This document shows, piece after piece, positions 27,627 to 39,469 of a stretch of DNA of 64,000 nucleotides; the first letter of the stretch is position 1; the number at the start of each line of letters is the position of its first letter. The translations under genes and the position numbers were made by a program. The notes beneath the pieces are model-generated. The model was not told the origin of the DNA and did no database searches. It saw nothing but the letters and a program-made list of their open reading frames with translations. This DNA comes from Laetmonice hystrix (lineage: Eukaryota), in NCBI GenBank assembly GCA_965235115.1, contig OZ249436.1, positions 36,952,001 to 37,016,000 on the forward strand, read 5' to 3'.

Positions 27627-27751
27627 CACTGGGCGATTCTGTCGGCGCGATTCGGTCGCCACAACAGAAGTTGCCTCGTGTATAGCCATAGGCCATACTA
27701 TAGGCAAATTTTGTTGTAGCGACCGAGTCGCGCCGACAGAATCACCCAGTG
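27627..27751. repeat. 125-bp palindrome (61-bp arms, 3-nt ATA spacer)
   Basis: Symmetric about 27689 with about 9 mismatches. The centre is ...gtgtatagcc ATA ggccatac... Confidence 0.9.
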
Positions 27752-28179
27752 TATAATGAAAAGTTGCTTGTCTCTTTCTTGTCGCGGCGATACAGTCTAA
27801 TCTGTCTAGAAATAGACTTGTCTCCCGAAACCAAGTAATCAGCGCGCCTTCCATGCGTAGACCTATAATAAGGCATGGGGACGAACAGGCCCCATGGGGG
27901 CAACCAGGTAATGACTAAACATGTTATACTAGTAAACGATCGGGAAGTGTTCTTTGGCCCTGTCTCACGATAATAAGCCAACGCCAACTCAAAATTGGAT
28001 GCCTGACAATATTTAAAGTAAAAGGGGATGAAAGTGACCCAGGGAATTGGGGGGGGGGGTAATTTGATTTCTAATCATTATTATTAATTTTGTTTAGGCA
28101 TCAGTCAGATCTTTATACAAACGGGGGCGCACACCCCCTCACGCACAAAACCAACTTCCACTAAATATACCCAGACCGA

Positions 28180-28590
28180 CACGCTATCCACAAAGACGTG
28201 ACTTTCAGATGGTGACTGCCGTCAGGGGAAAGCCGCAGAAACGGAAACAGATGGTCATTGCGAACAAAATAAAATCTTGATTCCCCCGTTTCCTGTCTGA
28301 ATCCTCGACCACAGTTCACTTCTAGCAAAAGCCTCGTTGTTCGACAGGAACAGCATGTCTGAGCGTTGAGAAATATCATCCATCTATAACGCCAATTCGT
28401 CTTTTTCGTGATGCTGGGTATCCCTTGACTGCATATAGTGTAGACTGGTGACCACGCTGTTCACGTTCTATCGCTCAAGATATTGCTGCAGAATGGCATA
28501 TCCATGGCTTAGAGCAATGTGATGAGGACATGGAGGAGGAAGTCCTGATAACGAAGTCGACAGCCTGGAGAATTCACGGGATCTGAGAGT
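28180..28590 (+). pseudogene. Degraded PIF/Harbinger (HARBI1-like DDE) transposase fragment
   Basis: RDAGYPL at 28407-28427 resembles the GDSGYPL motif. It is preceded by FDRNS-like and followed by an acidic DEDMEEE stretch as in HARBI1-type C-termini. Frameshifts and stops are present. Confidence 0.4.
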
Positions 28591-29272
28591 TTAATTTAAA
28601 AATGCCCGTCTGCAATCAGATTGCCCAAGCCGACACGACTATGGTTCCATGTCTTTCAAATCGGAGTGCTTCTTTTTTACGGATTTCCGTTGGTTAGTGT
28701 CAAGGCTTTTCCTGCTTTTTGATTCTTGATTGCCTCCATTAACTCTATCCTTCAGAATTCCGATGGATAATCAACTGCCCGTTGATATATTTCTTGGGCT
28801 TAGTGAATGGAATTAAGAACTCATTTCTGTAGAAGGTCAACGGCTCTATATTCCTTGTAAGGGCAGGATTGCAACATTGGCGACTAAACGTGTCAGGGAG
28901 GTTTAATTACCGCTTGAAGTGCCTCAAGAGTACAAGACGCTTTGGCTGCATGTCTCATGTTAGCTTCACGAATGGTGTACGTCATATGACATGAAAGACC
29001 AAGAACCCCATAGCATAACCTCCCGTTTATAAATGTCTGAAGGTGCACCGACCCAAGCTCTTGGCGAAACCGAACACTGGCACTCAATCCCCGCCCCGTT
29101 ACACCATCCACTCAAACCATCAACTAAACAAAACAGAAATTATCTCATGATTATCGCGCATGTGGTGTAAAATATGGAGGTGGAGACAATAAGGGACATT
29201 CCTGGTTATAAAAGGAAAAACCATTTCTGCTATATACGCTCTTCGTTCCGTGATTTCACTGTGGCGGCCGAC

Positions 29273-29653
29273 CTGGGCCCCGTTTCATAACTAATAACGC
29301 AGCTGCGTTATTAACGCAGATGCGCAAATAGCCTCATTTGAGGTTAATGTGTTGCATAACTAATAACGAAACGCACTCTGCGTTCATAGTGCGCGTTGTC
29401 TGGCTCTAAAATCGTTTAATTAACGCGCACCCATAAGGGTCTGCGCTAACTTCCTATTATGAAATATAAAGCTGGCCATTTTACGAAAATACGTAACGTG
29501 GATACTTAAATTGAAAAGTAGGGGAGACCGGGGACAATTACGCAAATGCTTATGAAACCCTTCAATGCAACGATCGCTATCTTCATCGTTCGCTAATAAC
29601 GCAGTTGTGCGTTATTAGTGTGTGTTCGCTGTTAGTTATGAAACGGGGCCCAG
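29273..29653. mobile_element. MITE, 381 bp, Harbinger-like
   Basis: Perfect 22-bp TIR ctgggccccgtttcataactaa / ttagttatgaaacggggcccag. Internal taataacgca..tgcgttatta palindromes near both ends. Confidence 0.85.
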
Positions 29654-30127
29654 CTCAGTTGGGACTGCATGGCCATTCTGAGATCTCGACGGCAGGTGTG
29701 GTGTGGCAAAGTGACCACGTGGTAATGTGACCCTGCGGTCAATTTACATAGAAAAATGACCCATGCATGGGTCACCTTCCCACAGTGGAAAAGTGACCCC
29801 CTGTGGCCTAGCGGCCGAGATACGACATCCAATGCCCGTTGTATGTATTAAGTTTACGACAACTGCGCACAACGTAAACTTGATATCATGTGACACCCTG
29901 GTGAGGACACAGATCAATCTCCCCACAATGCGACTGACAGTCGCCACGTGTGTGCCGTGCCGGCTGTCTCGAAATGTGCGCGCCACCACTGAAAGGAGAG
30001 ACGTCTGAAAAATCGGATTACCTATACTTGACGCTTATGAATGAAGGATTAGGACATAAACTAAAAGCTCCATTAGTGTCCCATTGTATATAATCGGCGT
30101 CTATCAAACTGGATCTTTGTTGGAGGT

Positions 30128-30352
30128 NNNNNNNNNNNNNNNNNNNNNNNNNNNNNNNNNNNNNNNNNNNNNNNNNNNNNNNNNNNNNNNNNNNNNNNNN
30201 NNNNNNNNNNNNNNNNNNNNNNNNNNNNNNNNNNNNNNNNNNNNNNNNNNNNNNNNNNNNNNNNNNNNNNNNNNNNNNNNNNNNNNNNNNNNNNNNNNNN
30301 NNNNNNNNNNNNNNNNNNNNNNNNNNNNNNNNNNNNNNNNNNNNNNNNNNNN
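30128..30352. other. Assembly gap (225 N)
   Basis: N run. Confidence 1.
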
Positions 30353-31590
30353 CCGTTTGCAACAAGGCAGGTATGATTGCCTTAATATTGCCTGGTTTGG
30401 GGAAAGACCCATGCGAAATGAAACGAGATGAGAAGACATCTACGTCGAAATACTATCAGACTCGTTCATCAAAAGCAGTCGTGCGGAAACCGTCCAAGAT
30501 CTCCCGTTGGACAATACGAGAAATTGGGAAAGAGTTGGCCGGTACTGATCGATTAATTCAATAAGGGAGTGGCAATTTGTGTATGTTCTTCTCAATGTGC
30601 CATTGTTAAATGGGACTGTATGTACGTGTGATAGAATGTGAAGCATAAATGGCCCCAGACGGGTTGCGTGTTCACACGCCAATATGGCAAGTCTCTCAGA
30701 CGCCACACGAAGGGTCGTCACAGGGAGGGCAGGCCGCAGACAGTTTGCCTCAATAATTGGATTACACTTTTCAGCTCTGTGAAATATATCAGTGATTCCA
30801 GTCGGCAGGCCTTGGCCCAAATTGATATCAGCCTGACGTCCTGCCACACTAAATCAAGGCATTCCCAGAGGCTCTTCGACAGAGACAGGGGGGATGTTCC
30901 TTTCTAGAAGTTCGCAACGTTCGCGTCCAGAACTAATAAAGGGCGCAGCACTGACAACTTGTCCGTCCCGCCTCAAGTGGTTTGTTTTCTTCCAGGTCCG
31001 AGTGACCCCGCCCCCAAAGGACCTTCTGTGGGTCTTACCTTCACATGGCCCTCTTCTTGCAAGCCTCAATGGCCCTCTTCAGCTGCAGAATTCAGTTAAT
31101 GTGAAGCTGCTATGGTCCCTTCTTCCTGTCAGTCTTGTGGTACTTCGGCTGCACCCTTAACAAAATCGACCAATGCCAACAAAACGGCACAAGTCAGCAG
31201 GCTGTCGAATAGTCCGGTGGAAGGACTTCCTCTTTCGTAACGCTATGGTGTGGGAGTGATACGGCCGTGGAGAATTCTATATATTCTTACCCGTGACGTC
31301 ACGGCAGTTCCCCGACTTGAACCAACAAAACTACATCCATGGTTGATGGTCTGCTATGAATGAAAGGAGAGAACCAAATAGAAAGTTTGCCAGTTACCTG
31401 CTGTAAGGTCGGTAGTTTTCCCTGGTACACTTCGGTTTTTTCTACCAGTAAAACTGACCGCCTTGGTATGACCCTGACCCAAGGCCGTAACCTCAATCCA
31501 ATACCAAAATCCAAATGTACCCTTCAGGGAACCGGTACCAGCGACTTGTGTGGTTCGTAATTGGCGATGAACGGTTGGAGTGGCCAAGGG
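30353..31590 (-). pseudogene. Decayed tyrosine-recombinase-like coding relic (Crypton-like DNA transposon)
   Basis: Ordered motifs: SRPS, YHKTDRKKGP, then ANCLRPALPVT and FMLH in a second frame. Removing a GT-AG segment (31038-30933, 106 nt) puts the two parts in one frame. Several in-frame stops. Motif recognition by eye only. Confidence 0.45.
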
Positions 31591-31929
31591 TGGAAGCGTC
31601 GGATTGCATGATTAACCATCCCTGTGGTAGTAGTGATTAAGTGTCGGTGGTTTTACGCCATGTTGGCAACTCGGGCAATCTTCACGGCTCCCCTCGTGAA
31701 CACCTGTACGTGATCAAGACGGCTTTTGGTCCTTTTTGCAAGACAAGTTCTCTCTTTGGCCCTTTGTTCCTCAAGCCGTTTCTGCGACTGCGCATATAGG
31801 ACGTCTTTTTTTATTACAGTCGTAGATTGCCTTCCCGTGCAGGGGTTCTTTCTTACTACACCCTCAGCCCCCGGGGTCTCGGCTCTGAATCAGCTCTGAA
31901 AGTTGAATTCTTACCCCTAATATGACTGA

Positions 31930-32240
31930 AATATCATTGCCGAAGGAGGATGTTTGGCCGACTGGTCAGAGACTCTGGCTGAAGGGCAGTTCAGGCAAGA
32001 GCGTCTCATCTGTTCTTAGAATACTGCCCTACCAAGTGCCCCGGTAGGTTTTATCAAAGACCAGGCGTGCAACCCTGTGTCTATGCTGTGTTGCACGTTA
32101 AAGAGTCCTTTACATTTATGCTTGGGCCTTGGCCCGTTATGCGGGGTTCCCCTTTATCATCCCATCATCAACACCAGACAATGAAAATGAAATAAGTTGT
32201 TGACGACAGGACAGAGAACCACCAACCCAACCACACCTAG
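31930..32240 (+). mobile_element. SINE-like element
   Basis: Core ttttatcaaagacc..gtctatg..gcacgttaaaga, shared with 10430-10570 (minus) and more distantly 20370-20420. CAACC-type tail. Confidence 0.55.
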
Positions 32241-32799
32241 TCTATTGTAACAGCTCTCACTATAGCTGAAAGGGTTTAGAAAGCCCAGTTTTTCTCACTG
32301 ACTTACTTACTCATAATTATAAGGTTCTTGTGAACATGAAATTATTACTAGTCATAATTCGTCATTTTATTACAGTTCAATATTTATCATACACACAAAA
32401 TCACAAACTCAGTCGCACTGCAGCAAGATGCAAACCCGATGGCCCTACGATACCTTGATTATTTGCGCCCGAACTGATATAACTGAAACAACGAATCCAC
32501 TACATCATCTCATACTATTATACCAATCTCACTCTGCCTTTCAGTTCCCAATTGTTTTGTTTGAACCCTTGTGTGTAACCATCTGGTGTCTCTTGGTGGT
32601 TCTTTGAGGTTCCTTACCAGTGATGTGAAATGCCTTAGGTCTATCATCCACGTATGTAGTGTATCTGAAGTGTTCATAGAACTTGCTAAGAACTCATGTA
32701 AAATGCTTTATTATGGGCATGCTCATTACTGTGTGTGTGATCACACAGGTTTAAAACTAATATTGCGGTCGACTGGCTAAAGCCAGGAATCCATGTGTC

Positions 32800-32919
32800 C
32801 GTAGTGAGTATTGTGCATTGCGTAATCAAAATAATGAAAACACGCATTACGTACTACGTACAAATGGAATCACTCCAACTTGTTTTCATTGATTTTGATA
32901 ATACGCATTACTCACTACG
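32800..32919. repeat. Imperfect inverted repeat (about 40-bp arms)
   Basis: cgtagtgagta..atcaaaataatgaaaaca (32800-32842) pairs with tgttttcattgattttgat..tactcactacg (32881-32919). Confidence 0.7.
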
Positions 32920-34862
32920 CCCACACCTACAGCGCCCTCTGTTGGCATTACATGACGCTGTTCGTGCACAACCCTAATTTTTCTGTCCACAAGAATCGCG
33001 TCTCTCTTATCATTAATTGTGATATGCTCTGTCCGAACATCAATAGGTAAAACCCGACCACCACTCAACGTCGTGTCGCAACGATAATTCCATTTCTTCT
33101 GTCACACAGCGATGTTTGTGACAGTAAACATAACTCCACTCCTCTCTGCCGACGCTGAGCGTTTGACAACATTTTCCTATTATGTGCGTTGATGGTTTAC
33201 AATGTGTATCAGTGATTCGCTGGAAGGGTGCATGGAGCGTCAGCCCAAAAGTACGTGAGAGGAAGCTGATTGCAGTACCACAGTCCCATTACGCGTAATG
33301 TTTCCCATTACGCCTTGTGTATAACAAATGTCCCAAGTTCTGTCGACGATTGGCCTACCAATAGTAGTGGATCGACATGTACCAGGAGGAAATCCCAACA
33401 CACGCACTGATGTAACATTTTATTCTACTCAAACGAGGAAACATAAAGACGCTTTCTAGGTTTCGACTGGCCTCCAAGACCATATGCATCGCCCCATTTC
33501 TTCAAAGCAAGAACTGACTGCTATTCAGGGCGTCACTAACAAACTACAAGATATGCCCAGTTACTCTCACAGAAGTGTTGAAACACGTATCTGTGCGTTC
33601 ATGGTCAAACGGCATCAGCAGGAGTCCCTTCAATACTATGAGAAAAGCATCTAATCCAGTCTTTGTTAATATACAAAAGCAATAATGCTCCATCGACTTC
33701 GCTCTCCCGTCATTATTTAATATTATCCGAATGAAGACGGGTATACTATTTGGGGTTTCATACAGAAACGTATCTGATCACTATAGGACATGGTCAACAC
33801 CCTTCTTACCCTCCTTGACTGCTGCCCGAAGAACACATGACTGGCAATTATAACATTATATAATCGCATCACTGACTGATTATGTTTGTGATTAGTAGAT
33901 TACGCATTCTGCCAAAAAAACATACGTGACACTTCTTTTATTTTCATTTCAAACACTGGGAACATTACGAGAAAGAGGCAGCCTCTACACAGTCTGTAAG
34001 TCATCAGTATGTACACACAAGGCCTATAGGGAAGAAGAGTTTTGCACGGTAATAAGTTGCACATATCTTTGCTAGGGTACTTTGGCTGGAGTAGACCGAT
34101 AATCGTATTACAAGTTCCGGAGAGGAATGAATGCCAAGCCGTCGGCCTTGAAGTATCTTGATGAGTTTGTGGAGCATGATACCATCCTGATGGCGCGGTG
34201 GGACTATAGGAAAAGAGACTTGATTGGTGGTCCCCCTCTTGGGTCATTCGCAGCCTATATATCGTATCACCACATGTTTCCAGTGACGGTAGTCATTAAC
34301 AGAACAACACATCAGTTCCGGTCAGTCTATTAGTTTCAACTCTAAATACAGTGTCGTTTTACTATGTACATTAGTCATCCACACCACACTCACGCGAGGT
34401 ACTGTGCTTTGTATTTGTGCTAAACAATGACCTATTCCGCTGACGTCCAAATGGGCTACTAAACTGTACTCTAAAAGGTAGTCGGGGCAGATAACTAAAT
34501 CTTGATTGGTGGACACTGAATAGTTGCCTTGGAAGAAATGCAATTCATTACTGACAACGCAGGAAGCAGGATACCACAAAATCAAGTTCAATCAGTCTCA
34601 ATAAAGAGAATCTTTGGCCAGTTTATATCTTTCCGGTTCAAAGGTTATATTGTATCACTGAGACTAAAAGTTACCCATCGATACAGTGGAATTAATTCGC
34701 TTATTTGCAAATGATGTTCACGAATTACTACAGATAAGTAAGCGTCATTCTTCTTTTTCATAATAAATCTCCAACGATGGCACTCATCAAGATAATATGC
34801 CTTATTAAGCTTTAGTTATCTCAGAACCTGGCAGACATCCGTTTCCGGTGCGTTTCTTGATT

Positions 34863-35975
34863 TCATAGCAGCGTTTCGTTTGTTCCCTCCTTGTCCTCTT
34901 TGCCGACTGTCGTCACCTGCGTCGCTATCGTTGTAGTTGCCCGGATTGCTTTGTACTCTCGCTTGCAGACGTTCTGCACCAGAACCTGCCGGAAACGCGT
35001 GTTGAAGAGGAAGTAGATTAGGAAGTTGACGGAAGAGTTAACAATGACTAGCGTGTTGCTAATACGGCTATAGAAGAACTGGAAGCCACCACAAATGCGT
35101 GCGTCATCATCCAGAACGTTCCAGAGTATCTGATTGACCAACGCTGGGGCCTGGCAAATAGTGAATACAAGAACTACAATGATGAGCACAAATGTCACGT
35201 TGTTGTCCTGTTGTTGTTGACGACTCTGCATCTCTGCTCGCTTCTTTTTCAACGCCTTCAATGCATTTATCAGCCTGATGTTCAGGACGGTCAATATTAA
35301 CAAAGGTAATATCAACAGAAACACCAAGTAGAAAATATTTCCATAAATGATCAAGAATAGTCTATTCATTCCCAGCTCTGTATGGGCAGGTATAACAATG
35401 GTCGTATTTGCGTGGTCTATCCAGGATAGTTTTGACTCGAAGAACTTTGGTACGTTGTAAAGAATGGCGAAGATTAAAACAATGGCGAGTTGTTTTTTGG
35501 CTTGGGCCACGGTACAAATCCTGGGAGCTTGGTAAGGCTTACACACAGAAATATAGCGGTTGACTCCGACAAGCACCGTAACCCATATGGTCGCTGTTTG
35601 CGCCATGAAGGCGAGTGGCAGACCATAGACAAGAACGAACGGCTCCACAAACTTGTAGCCTGTCAGCATTTGGGTATAATCAACGAATGGTCTGATGACG
35701 TATAACGGGAATACACACACTAACATGATTGTATCGATGAAGGAAAGCCCCTGGAAGAGGAATGAAGTGGATGTTTTTATATTGTCTTTCCAGAAGACTG
35801 CAAAAGCAGTCAGGTTTCCAACAGTTCCTAGAATGCACAGGAGGCCAACGACTATGGTGTAAATGATGAACGAATACAGCTGGCATCCTCCTCTCGGCGT
35901 GAAGTAGGCCTGTTCAACTGACTCATTCGTCGTCGTCATATTGACCAACTCATCTCCATTCAGGCTGACACTCAT
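34863..35975 (-). CDS. Intronless class A (rhodopsin-like) GPCR, FMRFamide/peptide-receptor-like, 370 aa
   Basis: Uninterrupted ORF with seven hydrophobic segments. Motifs: TM1 GTVGN, TM2 LSFID, TM3 VNRYISVCKP, TM4/ECL2 YNVPKFFE, TM6 FTICQAP, TM7 NSSVNFLIY, helix 8 FRQVL. N-terminal sequons NMT and NES. CAAAATG start context. Confidence 0.95.
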   Translation of the reverse strand: MSVSLNGDELVNMTTTNESVEQAYFTPRGGCQLYSFIIYTIVVGLLCILGTVGNLTAFAVFWKDNIKTSTSFLFQGLSFIDTIMLVCVFPLYVIRPFVDYTQMLTGYKFVEPFVLVYGLPLAFMAQTATIWVTVLVGVNRYISVCKPYQAPRICTVAQAKKQLAIVLIFAILYNVPKFFESKLSWIDHANTTIVIPAHTELGMNRLFLIIYGNIFYLVFLLILPLLILTVLNIRLINALKALKKKRAEMQSRQQQQDNNVTFVLIIVVLVFTICQAPALVNQILWNVLDDDARICGGFQFFYSRISNTLVIVNSSVNFLIYFLFNTRFRQVLVQNVCKREYKAIRATTTIATQVTTVGKEDKEGTNETLL

Positions 35976-36512
35976 TTTGTAAATAACAACGCGAAGACTT
36001 CAATAATATCAACCGATTGAGGGCGTCCGGCGCCTACTGCCCAGGCGCACACTTTCTTGTGATTACGATGGGGAGCCTACTACGACGGTGGGTCTTCGTT
36101 GGGGTTAGCGCACACTAGCATAGCTACACCATCTCGATTAAACCAAGTCCCCCAACTCGTATGGTAGGACGCCTCTTTAAGTTAACGGGCCGATTATCCG
36201 CGTTGGTGTACAAAATATGATAGATATGATGGTGCTGCCAGTGTAACCGCATGAAAATTGCCCCTGGCTACTGACGCCTGCGTCATCCTTCAGCACATTT
36301 CACATTATTTTGACACTACGCAATCGTTAAACTTCAATTCGGTGCGGAAGTAATCAAACTATATATACGAGTAGAGTGCTCTATGTTTATGTTTGGGCAT
36401 CGATTAGAAGAGTGGCACGGTTCAGTTGCTGCCCTGTCGATAACTCCACGTTGTTCAGTATGCACGGACCCGCTCAGTCAATCCAGTTCTTGTCGCGAAC
36501 GTCGAGGTGGAT

Positions 36513-36540
36513 CTGCAAAAGGAAGAGGACAAGCATTACC
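36513..36540 (-). promoter_or_regulatory. Candidate 3' splice acceptor opening the GPCR coding exon
   Basis: Minus strand reads tgcttgtcctcttccttttgcag|atcc, a strong polypyrimidine tract plus CAG, 537 nt upstream of the GPCR ATG. Confidence 0.5.
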
Positions 36541-38737
36541 TCAAAGGCAAATCTTGATTGATTTCATTAAGGCAATTTCCTCTTCCACTTGGTTGGAGAC
36601 AATGTAGTGCAGTTTCTGATAATATTTGCTAATAACGTGAACAATAAAAAAAACTAGTTGATAGCTTCGTTGTTAATTGATTTGTATATGTCATCGTCAC
36701 TAACGTTTTCATCATTTTGATTGTATAGTGTAGCTACTACTCAAACACGTGTTATAAATCCAACAAAAAATGCCATTTAGTTTTCGCCGCTCAAAGTATC
36801 GCACGGCTGCTTTTAATTAGAGAGCTAACATTAACTGACAATTCTGATCATGAATAGCTATGTGATCAAGCACTCATAATGTTAGTACCCTCATATGAAT
36901 AGCTATCCGATTAAGCATTCATAACTTTAGTACCCTCATACGAAGCCGGTTTTATGAGGAGGTGTGCGAGTCCAGGCATTCGTCACTTATCTGCGTCGCA
37001 AGTGTTTCTTCTATCAACGAACCATTTCTCGTATGGACGCTGTTACGTAGGCGCAATATCGACACTCATTTAAATCCTGAGCAAGGCAGGAGGTTCCAAG
37101 CAACACCAATAGCACATAGAATACGGTTTTCAGAATTACAGTGTGATATCAGAAAAACGTTAAATCCTATACTGTAATCGCCCATCAATCTTCAGACTGA
37201 CGGCAGCTAATATTTCAAAGGGGCGTGCTAATAAGAAGGCATTATCACGTCATGTGGCAAAAAAAGGATAAATTGAAAAGATGACAATTTGGAGCAAATG
37301 CAATATCCAAATCATTATATTATGCCACAAGCCTAGGCGGTAAACGGCAGTCGGGCCACTCGAGGCTTCGGTCTGTCTTTGCATGCAGTAAATATGGCAA
37401 AGAACGCCATCAAGTTCAAAGTGCAAAATCGTTCAGGATATTAGTGTCACCAACATTGTCCTGTAGCGCTGTACTCCAGAGGCATCGGTCAAAACGGTCA
37501 CCTCCTTTTGTGATCCCACGAAGATGTTGCATCAGATAAGAAGGCAGTGATAAAATGCAAAACGCATCGAGTTAAGGCGTTTTGTACAGTATCACTGCTT
37601 CCTTTGTTCCGACTTTGTTGGCCCGGGCTCACCGAACCCTTGTGGTGTACTCAAATGGCAGAGACAGGAAATCGATGGCTCAGATCATCTTGGAGCTGGA
37701 GATTTGTTGGGCGTGCAGGGGAGTTTGCCGTTAAATCCCAAGTACGGTTGTTATTGGGCAAGACGTCGTAAACGTCGGTAATGGAAATAAATCTTGTCAG
37801 TAGCAGCAGATGAGGGCCATAAATTATGATATAAGAAACTGTGGAAAACAAATGAAATATAATGGAATCGAACATGATGAGCATAAGGAAGAAATAAAAA
37901 AAGCTGGAATGGGTAATTAATATAACAATCAACAAATTTATTAGTTTTAGTTTTAAAACTCTTGAGTATACATACACAATAATTATTATTAACATCATGA
38001 ATGCGTCATCAGGCCGAGATGGTTATATTTCAGAGGGGGCGCCTGAATGTGAACAGAGTCAAATATTCCTTTGTATCGTCAAAATATCATGTTTAAATAT
38101 TACTTTTCAGGATTAAAACAAAATACGCCTGTCTTTATCTCCCCATGTCATGTCCATACATATCACCGTTTGGGATTATTAAAACTAGCACCGACTATCT
38201 CTCGTTTCAATGACTCCAAAATTCAGACATGGGCATGTTAGGTTAGATAAGGCATTGCACTACATGAAGCAATAAATGTATACCCACATAAATGGAGCAA
38301 TCTAATGAAATTTTCAATCTAATGAAAAAATTGTAAGGGACATCTATGTCAGCTACGTATGTATGTACGTATGTATGTACCCTATATCTGTACTTTTATT
38401 ACCTTTATTTAATCGCATATAATTTTTAGGTAACAAGATAAAAACTTAAGGGAGCCAGCAGCAGGTCAACTCCAAAGCCGCTCGCTTCTCACAATCAGTA
38501 GACTGCTCCCGACCCACGGTGTGAACATTACATTGTACCAGCATCAATAGTGACATTCAACATTCATCAATCAGTGCGTTTCCTCTTCATCATTTCAAGC
38601 TTCTTTTATTTTGGTTTTTACTTGCCACAGTTTGGCTCTCACATCTGGGTCTCAGTCGAACAAAGACGGAAAGAACCGGGGTCAAAGTTATACAACATTC
38701 AGTGAGTTTCCTTTTGTCGCGATAAAGCGATCGTCTC

Positions 38738-38861
38738 ATGGCTGGTTGCTGACAAACTCCTTGACCTGGCATTGACATGAACAGCCAATAAAATTCATCG
38801 GGCGATGAACCGATGAATGTCATTGGCTGTTCAAGTCAATGCCAGGTCAACAACTAGCCAT
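38738..38861. repeat. Near-perfect hairpin: 41-bp stem, 8-nt loop
   Basis: 38761-38801 pairs with 38810-38850 with 3 mismatches. An outer stem pairs 38738-38748 with 38851-38861. Confidence 0.9.
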
Positions 38862-39469
38862 AGGGCAATCGCTTCATGGAGAGCAGGCAAGTGGAATGTT
38901 GAATTTCTTTCAATCAATTTCTCCATTTCTGGGGGTATACATTTATTGCTTTATGTAGTCTATAAGGCCTTATATCTAACCTAACAATCCATGCCTGCAT
39001 TTTGATCGAGTCATTGAAATGAGAGATAGTAGGTGTTTGCTTCAAAGTATGAAGTAATTATTCGAATGCCCTGGAAATGACAGGCCCCTCTCCTTCATTT
39101 GTCGTGCATTTTCCTAGAGAACCTCTTTCCCCATCAAAGACGTGAATCCACTAAGGCGAGTGTCCTTGGGCGTCAATGCGATTTTGACATCACCCTTTTA
39201 TTTTACTGTGATTTTGAGATTAAAGGATGGACCCGATTTCAAGAAACAGGGAAGGTCAGCCAGGAGAAATTACAGAGAGAAATTCAAAAACCGTATGGCC
39301 GTAGCATGGGAAATCGCCCTAGTGGATTCGTCCTTTATATATACTACTCCCTCGACATTGGTATCCCATAATTAACCCTGCAAGACCCCTCTGTGCCCAA
39401 AAGGACTCTCACATACCTGGGTTGGATGAAAAGATTTGAGCCTATGATGGAGTGCTGCGAGAACGATGA

